From the NCBI GenBank assembly GCA_010405405.1, contig MU004236.1, positions 186,001 through 250,000 of the forward strand: DNA of 64,000 nucleotides, written 5' to 3'. The stretch's first letter is position 1; each line of letters opens with the position of its first letter. The notes under the pieces are model-generated. The model saw nothing but the letters and a program-made list of their open reading frames with translations. It made no database searches and was not told the origin of the DNA. Made by a program: the position numbers and the translations under genes. Origin of the DNA: Microthyrium microscopicum (lineage: Eukaryota). Shown in pieces: positions 10,325 to 21,851 of this stretch.

Positions 10325-13300
10325 ATGCCCTGGCAACCCCTACCAGGCATCGCATTCGGCGTCTGCGTCTACCCTTTCCAACCCGCCGGATCTGCCGAAC
10401 TACCTCTACACATTGGCGATGAACTCTACGTTGTCGAACAAGGCGGAAAAGATGGTTCCTGGTACCGCGGATACCTAGTCGCTCCGCCATCCGTATTGGC
10501 GGGTTTAACAAGCGTCAAAGGACAGACTCTCGAGGCGCGCATATTTTCTGGCATATTTCCAAGATGTTGTGTCGAAATTCGCGAACTTTTGGTCGATGGA
10601 GAGCGTAGTGCGCCTGGTGCATTGAATGGCAATGAAAGTTTGGATGCCAATGAAGAGATCCCACCCGTTCCGGCGAATGGCGTCTTGACTCCATCGAACA
10701 GCGCTTCACCCGATGCAAGAGCAAGCTATGGTGCGAACAAGTCGCTAGCGAGATTGGATGCTCCTGGCGAGGGGACTAGCATCCCAGTGTCGCGTTTGCA
10801 CAAAGCTAAGAGCTTACGGCTCACCCAGCGCGTGTCAAGCCAAACCGTTCGATCGGACGCTCTGGCGCAGAATTTACCAATGTCGCCAATGTCAGTGATA
10901 TCCCGCGATCCGAACGCTCCCAGACCACCTGCGCCCTTGCCGGCACTCAAAGTTGGCGATGAAACGCAAACGTCTGCGCAGGAACCACTGGTAGATGAAA
11001 TCGCATCATGTCTAAGGGAGTGGTACACTGCGAAATTACACGAACTTTTACTGGCTAGGCGGTACACAACTTTGGATCGAATGGCTGTCTTGGTCAAGAG
11101 ATTGGACACTGTTCGACGACAACTTTTACATCGCGTACTCACGGATCAGGAATTAAGAGCACTACGAGAGAAGACTGTCTGGGATTTGGTGACCGGTAAC
11201 AAAATGCTATGTGGAGAAGTAATTGTGCGGGATCCTCTTCAAAATGGCAGGATACTTACTGCGGATGATTCTCCCATCGAGGTTACAAAGCTTCAGTCAA
11301 TGATGAGCTTACTGCACGAGAAGCCGGTCCACCACACGGATGAGCATATGCCGCATCATCTTCTGGTGCAGTTCCCGGGCTCATTTGGGGAACTCTCCAC
11401 GCCCAAAACTATTGCAGTTCATCTCTGCATCAAAACTCCAGGAGGCCAAATTTTACCCGTTTCCGAGGTTCACGCTATTAATATCTCCGCTACCACTGGC
11501 AGCGGATCAGAAAACACCATGAAGACCTTGTTCATTAATATTGGTTCGACAGATATCGGCGAAGGAGCAGGAGCAGGCTCAGTTCTTTTCGTCGCATTTA
11601 AAGTCATTGTCAATGAGCCACTCCGGGCTGCTCAGACACAAGCATTCCCTCGCGAAAGCACCTCGAGTAATGGAACCAACGACTCAAGGGCAGGACATGG
11701 AACTCTGAAAGGCCGAAGAAGTTTGATGTGGAGCAGAAGCGGAGATCGCGGCGTCACTAGTCCAAAGTCACCAGAAATGCGGACGATCGCCGAAGAGTCG
11801 AGGCCGAACACGAAGAGTGACAAGATGGTCAAGAGGACAGTTGCGGCCGCTGTGATTCGAGTTGATCATCTACTGCGCGAAGATGTGGAAAAGGAAGAAC
11901 AACTCACATTCTGGTCCTCGTCAACTTTCCCGGTGGAAGAAGGTGTTGAGGGCGAAGCTAAGTGGGATAATGTGCTAAAGGAAGTGCTTCCAAGTAATTC
12001 TGGCGAATACCGAAAATACCCATTCCCAAAAGCAGTCAAGGTTTTTGTCAAGCCATTCATGGATCTGGATGCGGATGCTCTAGTCAAGAAAACACCTACT
12101 CTACTACAACATATCAGTCAAACCCGGAAAATCGGCTTCATTGGCGCTCCAAGCAAGCAAAGAAGTGACATCTATTTGTCTCTTTCTGAGATTGTTATTC
12201 CACGGCACGCTTTTCTGGCACACCCAAAGAATGGAGCTGTACCCATGGGCGCACTTTCTGGGCAGGCAAATTTACAACTAACGCTCGAAGTACGGAGATC
12301 CAATGGCCACCGCATAGAAAACTGCATTTTCCCGTCCTGTAATAGCCAAGGACATACTGCGTGGCGTACAACAGCTTGCGAAAAGGGCGAGCCATGGAAT
12401 CTAACCATCCGACTGGCCATCAGTCCTGAAGATGTTCCTGGATCCCATATCGTCATGAGCGTAGCTGATCTACCCGGCTTCCCATTTGCGCTCTGCTGGA
12501 TGCCTCTGTGGAACGAAGGTGCTTTCATCGAAGATGGAGAGCATTCATTGTCGCTATATCAATATGACGAATACACATCAAGCATAATATCCGGGCGTGG
12601 CGCATATCTTGCGCTGCCCTGGCAAGCGATGAAGAACGATGACCACAACGGCGCAACCATGACGAGGCTGCAAGTTCGAACTTTTCTCTGCAGCACCAAG
12701 TATTCTCAAAATCCGACACTGTTAGGTGTTTTGAAATGGAAAGTTCAGCCTCCTGGAACTCTGCCAGGGCTGCTTAAGAAGTTCAGCTTTGTGCCAGAGA
12801 TTGAGATTGTAAAATTGCTGAATGAGGTTTTTGACGCTCTTTTCGAAATACTGGTGGATACTCAAGGCAGTGAAGAGTATGAAAGATTGGTCTTTACTGA
12901 TCTCGTCTTCGTTTTGGGTATTGTCCATGATCGAAGATTCAAGTTGGCTCCTCTTGTTGACAAGTACGCCGAGGAAAAGTTCCGATATCCAGTTGCTGGC
13001 TTGTGCTTAGTAAAAGCATTCATCCGGCTGCTTTCTACTCCGACTGATGCCGAATTCTCACAAACTCTTCGAGCAGCTTTCAAGGTCGCTAGACATCTGT
13101 TCAAGTTCATTGGCGCTGCCTGGAGCCATCAAGAGAGATCCGATCGCGAGAACAATCGAGGAAACCGGAAAAAGTTGGCTTTCTTGAAAGATGTGAGCGC
13201 TATTTTCGAAAGTCTGGAATCACTGATGAAGAACCCAAACCCGGTATTGATAGGCACCAAAACCTTGGTTGTTCAACATCTACACACATGGCTTCCAGAG

Positions 13301-16300
13301 CTTGTACCAATCATGCCAGCAGCAGACATCCTTCAAGTTGCCATCAGTTTTATAGACTCCTGCAATAACGTCAAAGGAAAACTAATCCTGTACAAGCTGA
13401 TCTTGATCATCAATCTTAGCAATATCGATGCCATCGATTATCCAGAACACAGACGCAATCTCCGAGTCAAGACTGTAAGATGGCTCTCAGACTACTGGGG
13501 CAAGACGGAAGACTACAGCGAACAGTGGAAAGAACAAGTTCGGTTATGTTGTTCAGTCATCGCCTCCCAGCTTAACGAGCTGGGGGATGAGGGCTATGAA
13601 TATATTCCTAAGCTCATCGATTCGTATCGGGTCATTCAGATATCTGATCGACCTGCGAAGAAACAACTCTCCCTCCTCTTTCCAACGGCTTATCCATTTC
13701 CCTCTCGGCCAATTCAAGAGACGACGGAATTTGACGAAGCATTGGCAGAAATTGCAGCTGTTCTAGCTGGAATCACTAGTCTTCCAACTGGCATTCATCT
13801 TGACATGCCGCTCACGGACAAGGCAGAATTCCTATTCAGTGCGCTACAGATGTATATCTCTGTTCTCGACGGCGAAGCTTATCCACAATCATGGCTCAGT
13901 GTCCACATCTATCATCATAAATCGACCATGCGTAGCTTGGAGAAATTGTCGAGTATTTTGATCGACTCATTCCTTCCCCATCCCGATGACGCTGAGATGT
14001 TCGACACCAATCTGTGGAGAACCTTCTTTGATGCCCTTCTTAAATTGGTTGGCAGCGAGTCCCTCGCGCTGGAGACATTCCCTGAGCAAAAACGCAGAGC
14101 AGTCTGGAAAATCGCTGGGGATGTTCGAGAGCAAGGCGCTGATTTACTCCGCCGGACTTGGGAAGCCATTGGCTGGGAGACCAGCCCTGAAGACAAGGAA
14201 AAGTACGGTCTTGAAAAGCTGGGTGGATATCAAGTACAATACGTACCTGGATTGGTTGGTCCCATTGTGGAGTTGTGTCTCAGTGTTCACGATAGCTTGA
14301 GACGAGTCGCCATCCAAGTTCTCCAGACAATGATCATTAGTGAGTGGACGTTGAACCGCGATTTGACATTACCGGAAGCCGAAATTATCGAATGCCTCGA
14401 CAAGCTTTTTAAGAGGAAGACAATCAACGAAAATGTCATGCAGAAGCAATTTCTCGCAGAACTTCTTGAGCTTTTCAGACCTCTGGCCGAGCGAACGCAG
14501 GATGATGAGCTGCTGGATGCTGTGAAGAACCTTATTGCGACTATTGATGAGCTTCTTGATCATCTCATTGCTGTGCACGCCTCGGATGGAACAAGTGAAG
14601 CAGTTAAGCTTATGGAGACATTGCATCTCATGGAATTCCTCAAGAATATGCAAAAGGTCGACATCTTCATCGGGTATGTTCATAAGCTGGCCGATATTCA
14701 AGCAATCGCAGGCAATTGTACTGAAGCTGGTCTCGCATTACGCCTTCACGCCGACTTGTACGAGTGGGATCCTTCATCAGTTGTGGAACCATTAGAAGAT
14801 CCACATTTCCCATCACAGACGTCTTTCGAGCGGAAAGAGCAGCTCTACTTCCAAATGATTAAGCTCTATGAGGATGGACAGTCCTGGGACAATGCTTTGG
14901 GTAGCTACATGGAACTCGCCGATCAATATGAGCACAACATCTTCGACTTTGCCAAATTAGCTAGAGCACAACGAGCCATGGCAACAATTTACGAGGGTAT
15001 CAGTCGTGGTCAGCGAGACAATCCAAGATACTTCAGGGTCGTATTCCACGGTCTTGGTTTCCCTGTCACTCTTCGGGACAAGGAATTCATCTACCAAGGT
15101 CTTGCTACGGACCGCATGGCATCATTCCTTGATCGTATGCAGCGCTCATATCCTAATGCTTCTGTTCAAAGCGGTGGTGCCGGTGGAGTCTCGGGATATG
15201 ACGAGGGACAATCTGTGCATGTCTACCCAGTCACTGCGCAAAAAGACATCAATCATCCCATCTATCGTCGGGCAAAGGTTCAGCAATCGGTTCGAGACTA
15301 CTATCTTTTGTCGAGACCGCATCAGTTTGCTTCATCATCCAGGCGGAAGCCAAGTGATGGTGCAGTCAAGGATCAATCCGTTGAAAAGACGATATTTACC
15401 ACGGCTGAGGCGTTCCCGACAATACTCAAGAAAACGGAGATTGTTGAAATGACCACCATCTCCCTCTCTCCTCTTCAAAGCGCTATTGAACGCACCACTC
15501 GCAAGACAGCAGAATTGGCTGCTTTCGAGAAGCGTCTCACTGCTGGCGAAGACACCGCTGCTCGTGAAGCCTTGACCACAGCTCTGGAGTTTGCAGTCGA
15601 TCCATCTAGCCCATCGAGCGTCGCAAACTACAGACCCATGCTCGAGGACGAATCTGAACAAGACAAGAAGCACAAACAGCGTGATTCTCACACCGATAAC
15701 GAGGACTCGGAAGACAGCGATGAAGAAGATGAAGATGAAGAGGACGATGAACCAAAACCACTCTCTCCCCTCCAACACGCCCTCAAGATTGCCCTTTTAG
15801 ACCATGCTCTCACCATCAAGCGCTGTCTCGCCCATTTCCAACGGACCGCACACCAAGCCACCCGTGCCGATCTATCACAACGTAAGTCCCTCCCAATATC
15901 TCCAATCCTCCCCACTGCTAACTCACATCTAGGCTTCGAAACAACCTTCGCCCCAGAACTCGCCAGTCTCTCCGGCCCACCCGGAACCTCCGACCCCGTC
16001 GAATCAACCTCCTGGGCCGCCGCCAACCACGGCCCCACCCCACCACGCAGCGGCACCATCTCACCCGCCTTCCAAAATCCCCGCCACGCAAACCCCCTCC
16101 ACAAATCAAAAAGCAGCGGCAAAAAGTCTCCCGCCCGCACGCGCAGTGAGAATAAACACCGTCTTAGCTACATCTTTACGAAACGTGCTTCTACTGCTGG
16201 TGCTGATGATGCCCCTGAAGCTGTCAATGGTGGTGGTGATTATAGACAGCACCTTGACAGTGGGGAGGGCGAGGCTAGTCATGCGGGCGCGGCGGATGAT

Positions 16301-16456
16301 CGTCCGTCCACGAGACAGAGTACGGAGAGTACGAGTGAGAGTGTGAGATCGAGGGTGGGGAGTGTTAAGAAGAGGTTGAGTTTATTGGGGATGGGCATGC
16401 AGAAGAAGCCGAGTAAGGCTAGTGTTATGGGGAATGATGTTGTTAGGGAGGAGTGA
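10325..16456 (+). CDS. DCK1: DOCK180-family Rac/Rho guanine nucleotide exchange factor (SH3, C2-DOCK, DHR-2)
   Basis: 2043 aa ORF with an N-terminal SH3 (ELPLHIGDELYV..WYRGY..GIFP) and a DHR-2 region (YFRVVFHGLGFP..LRDKEFIY). There is a probable in-frame 51 nt intron at 15882-15932. Confidence 0.93.
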   Translation: MPWQPLPGIAFGVCVYPFQPAGSAELPLHIGDELYVVEQGGKDGSWYRGYLVAPPSVLAGLTSVKGQTLEARIFSGIFPRCCVEIRELLVDGERSAPGALNGNESLDANEEIPPVPANGVLTPSNSASPDARASYGANKSLARLDAPGEGTSIPVSRLHKAKSLRLTQRVSSQTVRSDALAQNLPMSPMSVISRDPNAPRPPAPLPALKVGDETQTSAQEPLVDEIASCLREWYTAKLHELLLARRYTTLDRMAVLVKRLDTVRRQLLHRVLTDQELRALREKTVWDLVTGNKMLCGEVIVRDPLQNGRILTADDSPIEVTKLQSMMSLLHEKPVHHTDEHMPHHLLVQFPGSFGELSTPKTIAVHLCIKTPGGQILPVSEVHAINISATTGSGSENTMKTLFINIGSTDIGEGAGAGSVLFVAFKVIVNEPLRAAQTQAFPRESTSSNGTNDSRAGHGTLKGRRSLMWSRSGDRGVTSPKSPEMRTIAEESRPNTKSDKMVKRTVAAAVIRVDHLLREDVEKEEQLTFWSSSTFPVEEGVEGEAKWDNVLKEVLPSNSGEYRKYPFPKAVKVFVKPFMDLDADALVKKTPTLLQHISQTRKIGFIGAPSKQRSDIYLSLSEIVIPRHAFLAHPKNGAVPMGALSGQANLQLTLEVRRSNGHRIENCIFPSCNSQGHTAWRTTACEKGEPWNLTIRLAISPEDVPGSHIVMSVADLPGFPFALCWMPLWNEGAFIEDGEHSLSLYQYDEYTSSIISGRGAYLALPWQAMKNDDHNGATMTRLQVRTFLCSTKYSQNPTLLGVLKWKVQPPGTLPGLLKKFSFVPEIEIVKLLNEVFDALFEILVDTQGSEEYERLVFTDLVFVLGIVHDRRFKLAPLVDKYAEEKFRYPVAGLCLVKAFIRLLSTPTDAEFSQTLRAAFKVARHLFKFIGAAWSHQERSDRENNRGNRKKLAFLKDVSAIFESLESLMKNPNPVLIGTKTLVVQHLHTWLPELVPIMPAADILQVAISFIDSCNNVKGKLILYKLILIINLSNIDAIDYPEHRRNLRVKTVRWLSDYWGKTEDYSEQWKEQVRLCCSVIASQLNELGDEGYEYIPKLIDSYRVIQISDRPAKKQLSLLFPTAYPFPSRPIQETTEFDEALAEIAAVLAGITSLPTGIHLDMPLTDKAEFLFSALQMYISVLDGEAYPQSWLSVHIYHHKSTMRSLEKLSSILIDSFLPHPDDAEMFDTNLWRTFFDALLKLVGSESLALETFPEQKRRAVWKIAGDVREQGADLLRRTWEAIGWETSPEDKEKYGLEKLGGYQVQYVPGLVGPIVELCLSVHDSLRRVAIQVLQTMIISEWTLNRDLTLPEAEIIECLDKLFKRKTINENVMQKQFLAELLELFRPLAERTQDDELLDAVKNLIATIDELLDHLIAVHASDGTSEAVKLMETLHLMEFLKNMQKVDIFIGYVHKLADIQAIAGNCTEAGLALRLHADLYEWDPSSVVEPLEDPHFPSQTSFERKEQLYFQMIKLYEDGQSWDNALGSYMELADQYEHNIFDFAKLARAQRAMATIYEGISRGQRDNPRYFRVVFHGLGFPVTLRDKEFIYQGLATDRMASFLDRMQRSYPNASVQSGGAGGVSGYDEGQSVHVYPVTAQKDINHPIYRRAKVQQSVRDYYLLSRPHQFASSSRRKPSDGAVKDQSVEKTIFTTAEAFPTILKKTEIVEMTTISLSPLQSAIERTTRKTAELAAFEKRLTAGEDTAAREALTTALEFAVDPSSPSSVANYRPMLEDESEQDKKHKQRDSHTDNEDSEDSDEEDEDEEDDEPKPLSPLQHALKIALLDHALTIKRCLAHFQRTAHQATRADLSQRKSLPISPILPTANSHLGFETTFAPELASLSGPPGTSDPVESTSWAAANHGPTPPRSGTISPAFQNPRHANPLHKSKSSGKKSPARTRSENKHRLSYIFTKRASTAGADDAPEAVNGGGDYRQHLDSGEGEASHAGAADDRPSTRQSTESTSESVRSRVGSVKKRLSLLGMGMQKKPSKASVMGNDVVREE

Positions 16457-16846
16457 ACAGAGTCATGGTAGCGAACAGTGAACGAAGAGAACAGATTCGG
16501 GGTAGAGAACAGTCTCCAAGGGGAATAGAGTCAATGGAGACTATAGGAGTGTGGGAAGGACGCTTTTTTGGATTGTGTGGGCTCGTATTTGTTCTTATTT
16601 TGCATATTATTCAGCCAGCGACCAAAATGCTGTGTTTTCTTTATATGGGATGAGAGTTAGTTTTTGGGATCGGAGGAGGACATAGCGATCTTTTATACTG
16701 TAATGCTGTGTGAGGCAAGGCAGAGTGGAGTTTGTTCATTCTTATATATCCCGGTATATCTTAGTCTCTCTTGTTGTTATAGTGTTTGGTTGTAATTACA
16801 TAGTAGCTAGCCATGGATGTTTTCAACTCACGGCTTTGTCTGCGTA

Positions 16847-18706
16847 CTAAGCTTCCCAGCTAATCCGTATGGGTCTTCCAGGGTCAAGATACGTATCTTC
16901 GAAGGTGATTTTGCAGTCCACAACCTTTGGGTCTCTTCTCTGTCCGGGCTTCCATTCAGCAGCTGGCGGATTTGGCTTAGGTTTGTCCTTGAGAGCATCG
17001 TATTCACGACCTAGTTCCTTGATGCATTCGCAGTGTTCTCCGGGTTGTTTACCTTGACCATCAGTAGCACTAAGCTTTCCACCGGATAGTATGGTCTCCC
17101 ACATTATCAGCAATTGTGCAGATTTCCGCTGTTTATAGTGGCTCTTTTTGATCCGCTGTGTATGAACACATGTCTCACAATCCATTGCCAAGATATGCAA
17201 AGCTGTCCGACCTCTCTCGTCCACCAAAGTTGGATCCGCACCGTGGCAGAGAATCAATCTCATGAGATTATACCCAGAACGCCAAAGTCTGCTTTTTGAA
17301 GCCATGCCAAGCAATGCACTGCCAAAGGCTGTTTCCTCGCTGGGCCCGATGTCAAAGAATGGCATTGTTAGATTCGGATTGCTGCCAAAGTTGAGGAGTA
17401 CGTGCGCTGAACTAATGTTGATAAAGTTCCAATAAGCGAGAGCGAAGTATAGAGGAGTTGTATATGTCTGAGAGAAACTTGCACCAAGCATAGAACTCGC
17501 GGCCGCTCGAGAGCCACTGTACATTTCAAAAGCTTGTTCGTCGAGAATTGCCAATAACGCTTCCTCGCCATGATCCGACCGTGCCGTGTGTAATACATGC
17601 TTTAATGCATCTCCATCTCTGTCTTTTAGCGCGCGGGCAACTTTGCCTTCGATCGTTTCCGAGTCAACGACGGGATAATATTGAATTCCTGCAGGGTCGC
17701 GTCCACATAAAAGGATATTTTGAGCCTGAAGGAATAAGTCCTTGTCAGCAGGCTTCATTTTCTTGGGTTCTCGCACATCATCTTCCAATACTTCCCCTGC
17801 CTCATCGTCAGACTCTTTTCTCTTGGCCGCTCGGATATTACCCTGCGATGATTGCTTTGACTCTTGTTTGGGCCGGGAACTGGATCGTGGATGGCGAGTT
17901 CTTCGGTCTTTTACTTCTTGGAGAGCGGCTTTCAATCTATCCGTCTTATTCTTCGCCGCCTTGGTCGCTTTTTCTGCCGCTTGCTTTGCCTTTTCTGCGT
18001 CCTGGTTGGCCTGTTTGGCGGCTAGGAGCAGTTCTTTGATGCCAGGCTCGTCCAGTATGCTCTCATCGAGTTCATCAAGCTCGCCCAAAGCCTTCATCAA
18101 GAGTTTCTGTATCTCTTCTTCAGACTCCACGAATCCAGGGCCAACATCAAGGAAACTTTCCGGTTGAAAGCGCTGCATCGACGCGGTTGGATCCCAGTAC
18201 ATCTCAAATTCACTCGTAAACTGGGACACCATTAAACGCCCATCCTCGGTATCGCAGTCGAGGCGAATGTTCCACTCGACGCCTTGCGTGATCGCTGACT
18301 TGGAGATGTTCGATGAGCCCACGTAAGCGACATGGCAATTGTTATTCATCCGAAATATCCATGCTTTAGCATGGAACGTGGGCCAATTTGGCTTGAAAAC
18401 TTTGATTTGCACATTCTCCAGCAGCGAAAGGCTCCAAATTGCTGCAGCGTCAGAAATGCCGAGTTGCATTGTGGTGAGTATTCGAACATGAACACCGCGG
18501 GCGACTGCTCCTTTGAGGTTCTCAATGAGGATATCGACACCTGTCTGCTTGATATAGGAGCATATGATATCGAGACTTTGGAGGCCGTGAGACCCCAGAT
18601 CTGGTTTTAGGTAATCTTCGTACAAGTTCTTGGTGATGAGAACACGCCGGGTCTCAATCGGCGTTCCCTGCGTTGCAAGTGGTGAGGGTTTTGCTATAGA
18701 CACCAT
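16847..18706 (-). CDS. PLD/HKD-superfamily nuclease-like domain + coiled coil + ankyrin repeats (intronless)
   Basis: Single HKD-type motif FHAKAWIF...AYVGSSNISKSAITQGVEWN, preceded by VHVRILTT. A Lys/Ala/Glu coiled coil follows, then ankyrin-like segments (TTPLYFAL, LLNFGSNPN, LILCHGADPTLVDERGRTALHILA). The first ATG is at 18706 and the frame is open to 18778; the true start is uncertain. Confidence 0.8.
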   Translation of the reverse strand: MVSIAKPSPLATQGTPIETRRVLITKNLYEDYLKPDLGSHGLQSLDIICSYIKQTGVDILIENLKGAVARGVHVRILTTMQLGISDAAAIWSLSLLENVQIKVFKPNWPTFHAKAWIFRMNNNCHVAYVGSSNISKSAITQGVEWNIRLDCDTEDGRLMVSQFTSEFEMYWDPTASMQRFQPESFLDVGPGFVESEEEIQKLLMKALGELDELDESILDEPGIKELLLAAKQANQDAEKAKQAAEKATKAAKNKTDRLKAALQEVKDRRTRHPRSSSRPKQESKQSSQGNIRAAKRKESDDEAGEVLEDDVREPKKMKPADKDLFLQAQNILLCGRDPAGIQYYPVVDSETIEGKVARALKDRDGDALKHVLHTARSDHGEEALLAILDEQAFEMYSGSRAAASSMLGASFSQTYTTPLYFALAYWNFINISSAHVLLNFGSNPNLTMPFFDIGPSEETAFGSALLGMASKSRLWRSGYNLMRLILCHGADPTLVDERGRTALHILAMDCETCVHTQRIKKSHYKQRKSAQLLIMWETILSGGKLSATDGQGKQPGEHCECIKELGREYDALKDKPKPNPPAAEWKPGQRRDPKVVDCKITFEDTYLDPGRPIRISWEA

Positions 18707-19683
18707 CTCCACGGAATCGTTGCTAATGGGTACTATTGCGTATTGGGGATTTTCGAAAGAATTTTTAGTATCAAGCAATGCACGTTGTGGACTTTGGAGC
18801 TGATTCTGTAGACCTTGATTTCGGCCTCAAGATATCGGAGATGATGCGGTAAGATTGAATAGATTCTTGCGAGGAAGATACAGTAAAGCATTAAGTACCA
18901 TGGATAATGCCGAATCTACCTGTGTTGGGCTTCACCTATAAACTATAACTGTGACGGTAGAACAGAGAGTCTTAGCGCTCAGAGTTTGATATCAATTTGA
19001 GCGCTCAGTACTTGAGATCAGTCCAGCGATCGGTGTTGGGTCAAAATAAGGAAGCACCGTCCCATGATACTTCGAAAAAGGAGAAGTAAGTTGAATTTAG
19101 TAGCTACGAACAACGTTCACAAACTCTCAGGGGTAGAGAAGACTCGCTCAAGTGGTTCTCACCATTGTTCAACTCACCTGGTCATGCTTTCAATCATACA
19201 CTGGACTACTTCATACCATCAGTGGAAATGGAAGGCGACTGTACCTGCTACAATTGTCTTGAAGTGTTATCGCTAGTTTGTCTCCATGGCGAAGAGAACA
19301 GAAAGAACCCGAAGGATTTGTAGCGCAACGGTACTGCATTTTGGGTACGTATGGCTGTGTGGCAATATAAAACCGCTATGATGAACTGGGGGCTCAAGGA
19401 GGTACAAAACATCAAATACTTGAGATGAGAACCGTAGTATGCTACCAGGCCATGTATTACAAGCCAATTTCCTACACACCGTATTCTAGTAAGGTGAATA
19501 ATTTCCAATCCATATACCGCCTCATGTCTTGAAGTACAGTTCATATTATGACACCTAGATAAGCACGCCATGAAAAGATATGTCAATATGAACATGTCCT
19601 TGAACAAGTCAGTTTTCTACCAAAGCTCTTTCCTACCAAGGCTCCTTCCTCTTCTAGTCATCACCAATCCCTCAATACCTAAC

Positions 19684-20109
19684 CTATCCCTCCAAACTAG
19701 TCAACCGATACTCATTCCCACCCCTCAACGGCTTCCCCTGACCCCCCGGAATCCCAACAAACTGACACTGACCCACACTATCCCTCGTCGCCACACTAAA
19801 CTTGATCGCCGAGCCAAAATCACACGCATCGCCATCCGCCGCACTGCCCACCTGGAGCGCAGTGTTCGTGCCAATGAATTGGTCGTCAATCTCGTCAATC
19901 AACAGAGATGAGTAGCTGTCGCTAGGGAAGCTGTAGCATCCGTGGTCCCCGTAGACGGTGCGGGTGTAGATGGTGGGTGGCACGGTGGTGGTGCAGTTGT
20001 TGTCGGAGAAGAATATCACGTTGATGGATGGGCCGGAGTCCCGTTTGGTTATGGGGGTTGCGAGGGCGGTTGTTGCTAGGAGGGCGGATAGGAGGGCTGG
20101 GGTATACAT
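19684..20109 (-). CDS. Small secreted protein with a Kex2 (KR) propeptide and 4 Cys
   Basis: MYTPALLSALLATTALA signal followed by TPITKR. The 141 aa ORF has GC-rich coding-like codon usage, and a TATA-like element lies near 20217-20224. Confidence 0.8.
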   Translation of the reverse strand: MYTPALLSALLATTALATPITKRDSGPSINVIFFSDNNCTTTVPPTIYTRTVYGDHGCYSFPSDSYSSLLIDEIDDQFIGTNTALQVGSAADGDACDFGSAIKFSVATRDSVGQCQFVGIPGGQGKPLRGGNEYRLTSLEG

Positions 20110-21851
20110 TTTGAGTTGGCTTTGGTGGTGGCGTATGGTGGTGGTGTTGATGAAGTGATTTTGCTGGAATTTGATATTTGATACTGATATCGATCTTAGG
20201 AGGGAGGCATGCTGCTTTTATATCCCTCTCGTCTCTCATGACAAACGGTTATATCAGCATTGCCTCACCTCGAAGTCATTCTGTTAGTCAGTGGCAACCA
20301 CGATGGCAGACATGTCTCAATACGGTAGCCACATCGCCTTCACTCAGGCGACACATCGCAGTGGCATATCGTATTCAAGAGTAGTAATATTGCTACACTA
20401 CATCTCGAAATCCGATGGAATGTAACTGTCGTACTTTTTCGTTGACTTTCAGGCCTACCATGTAGTTAGCTCGAGCCAATAGAAACGCTCGCGCATTCAA
20501 TAGAGTTTGTATGTGATGGCGATCAAATCTGATGGCGGTGGAACAGGAGGCGCAGTTTATTTTTAGGTCTGTCAGAACCAGTAAGCATGTACCTGCATGT
20601 CGATCTCCCATATATTTCCGAGGGTTGGCTGTGGTTGTTTAGAGCCGCGTCATTTCGAGAGCTTGTCAAGATCAGTAATCGGTCAAGTGTATGGTAAATG
20701 GGTGATTCGTTGCTTTGTGAGAGAGTTGCTCTTTGGTGTATATATTAAAGTATTTGCAATAGTCGCTTCGTGTCACTACTTTGTTTTCAGGTTCATATCC
20801 AATCAGCCTGAGATATGGAAACACAAATTATGTGAAGTATCAATATCTACTTCGGGCAATTCTCATTGCACCAGTCCCTGTGATCTATTGAACAAGGCTG
20901 TGCATTCTTGACTTGCCTCCAATAATCACAAGAAATACCGGTAAACCTATCTCCTGCAATGTCAGGAGTGGGAACAGTCGTTCCAAGATGGCAAAACCAT
21001 CAAGTCATGATTACAAATCGTTGACGACCGGGCTCCTATTGGAGAACACCTTTTCTTCAGTAATGAGAAGTAAAATGGTAGGCAAGGAGCAGCGGAACAA
21101 ATCCAATGAGATCACTTAACAGCAAGTTAAGGTTAAGAAGTAAGATGACGGGCATTGAACTGACTATTCATTAACGTTATAAATTAAGAACACAATGATT
21201 GGATGTGGATCCATAATAACCACCAAATAGAGACTGACAGCTTCTCCAAACTCCTTGGACTGATCAAGGACATGCGATCGCCCCCTACTTCTCACGCCGG
21301 AGCGTCAGCTTGTTTCCGGACTGCACGACTTGTAGTCTTAGAATCCGAGTGTCAAAGTGGGTTCCGAGCAAAGTTATGTTGCTGGCAGTTGAGATCTAAG
21401 ATTAGCCGGTCCAAGGCATGCAAGGGAGATATTTTTGATGCCCTGTTGCTTGAGGCATGGGCCTATCTTGTAAAGCGAGTGTATAGTTGCTAGGTAGCGG
21501 AACTCGACGAATATAAAAATCCATGTTTACACATATTGCGAACATCCTCCAAAGATTTGAGTATTGCCCTGCATCTTCATTGGCAGGCAACACTTTTCAC
21601 CCGAGTTCGAAGAATGACTTGATTATGTTGTATGTCGGGAACAAAACTTTTGGTAAACACAAAGAGCCAGTAAATAAATCCCTGATGTATTCCAATAGCC
21701 TCGCTGCGCATTATTGATCCGCACTGTCATTTGGGTGATTCATTTCCCATCAAGTTTCTAAAGATTGAGAGACCTTTTTATTTGCGGTGAATGCGAGCAA
21801 ACACAATGGAAACACATTCAGCGAAGTTATTCACAGGCAGACCAATGTGTT

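Noticed and set aside
20390..21720. Short ORFs between the secreted-protein gene and the TF
   Set aside because: No motifs or convincing exon structure; possibly a pseudogene relic but unsupported.
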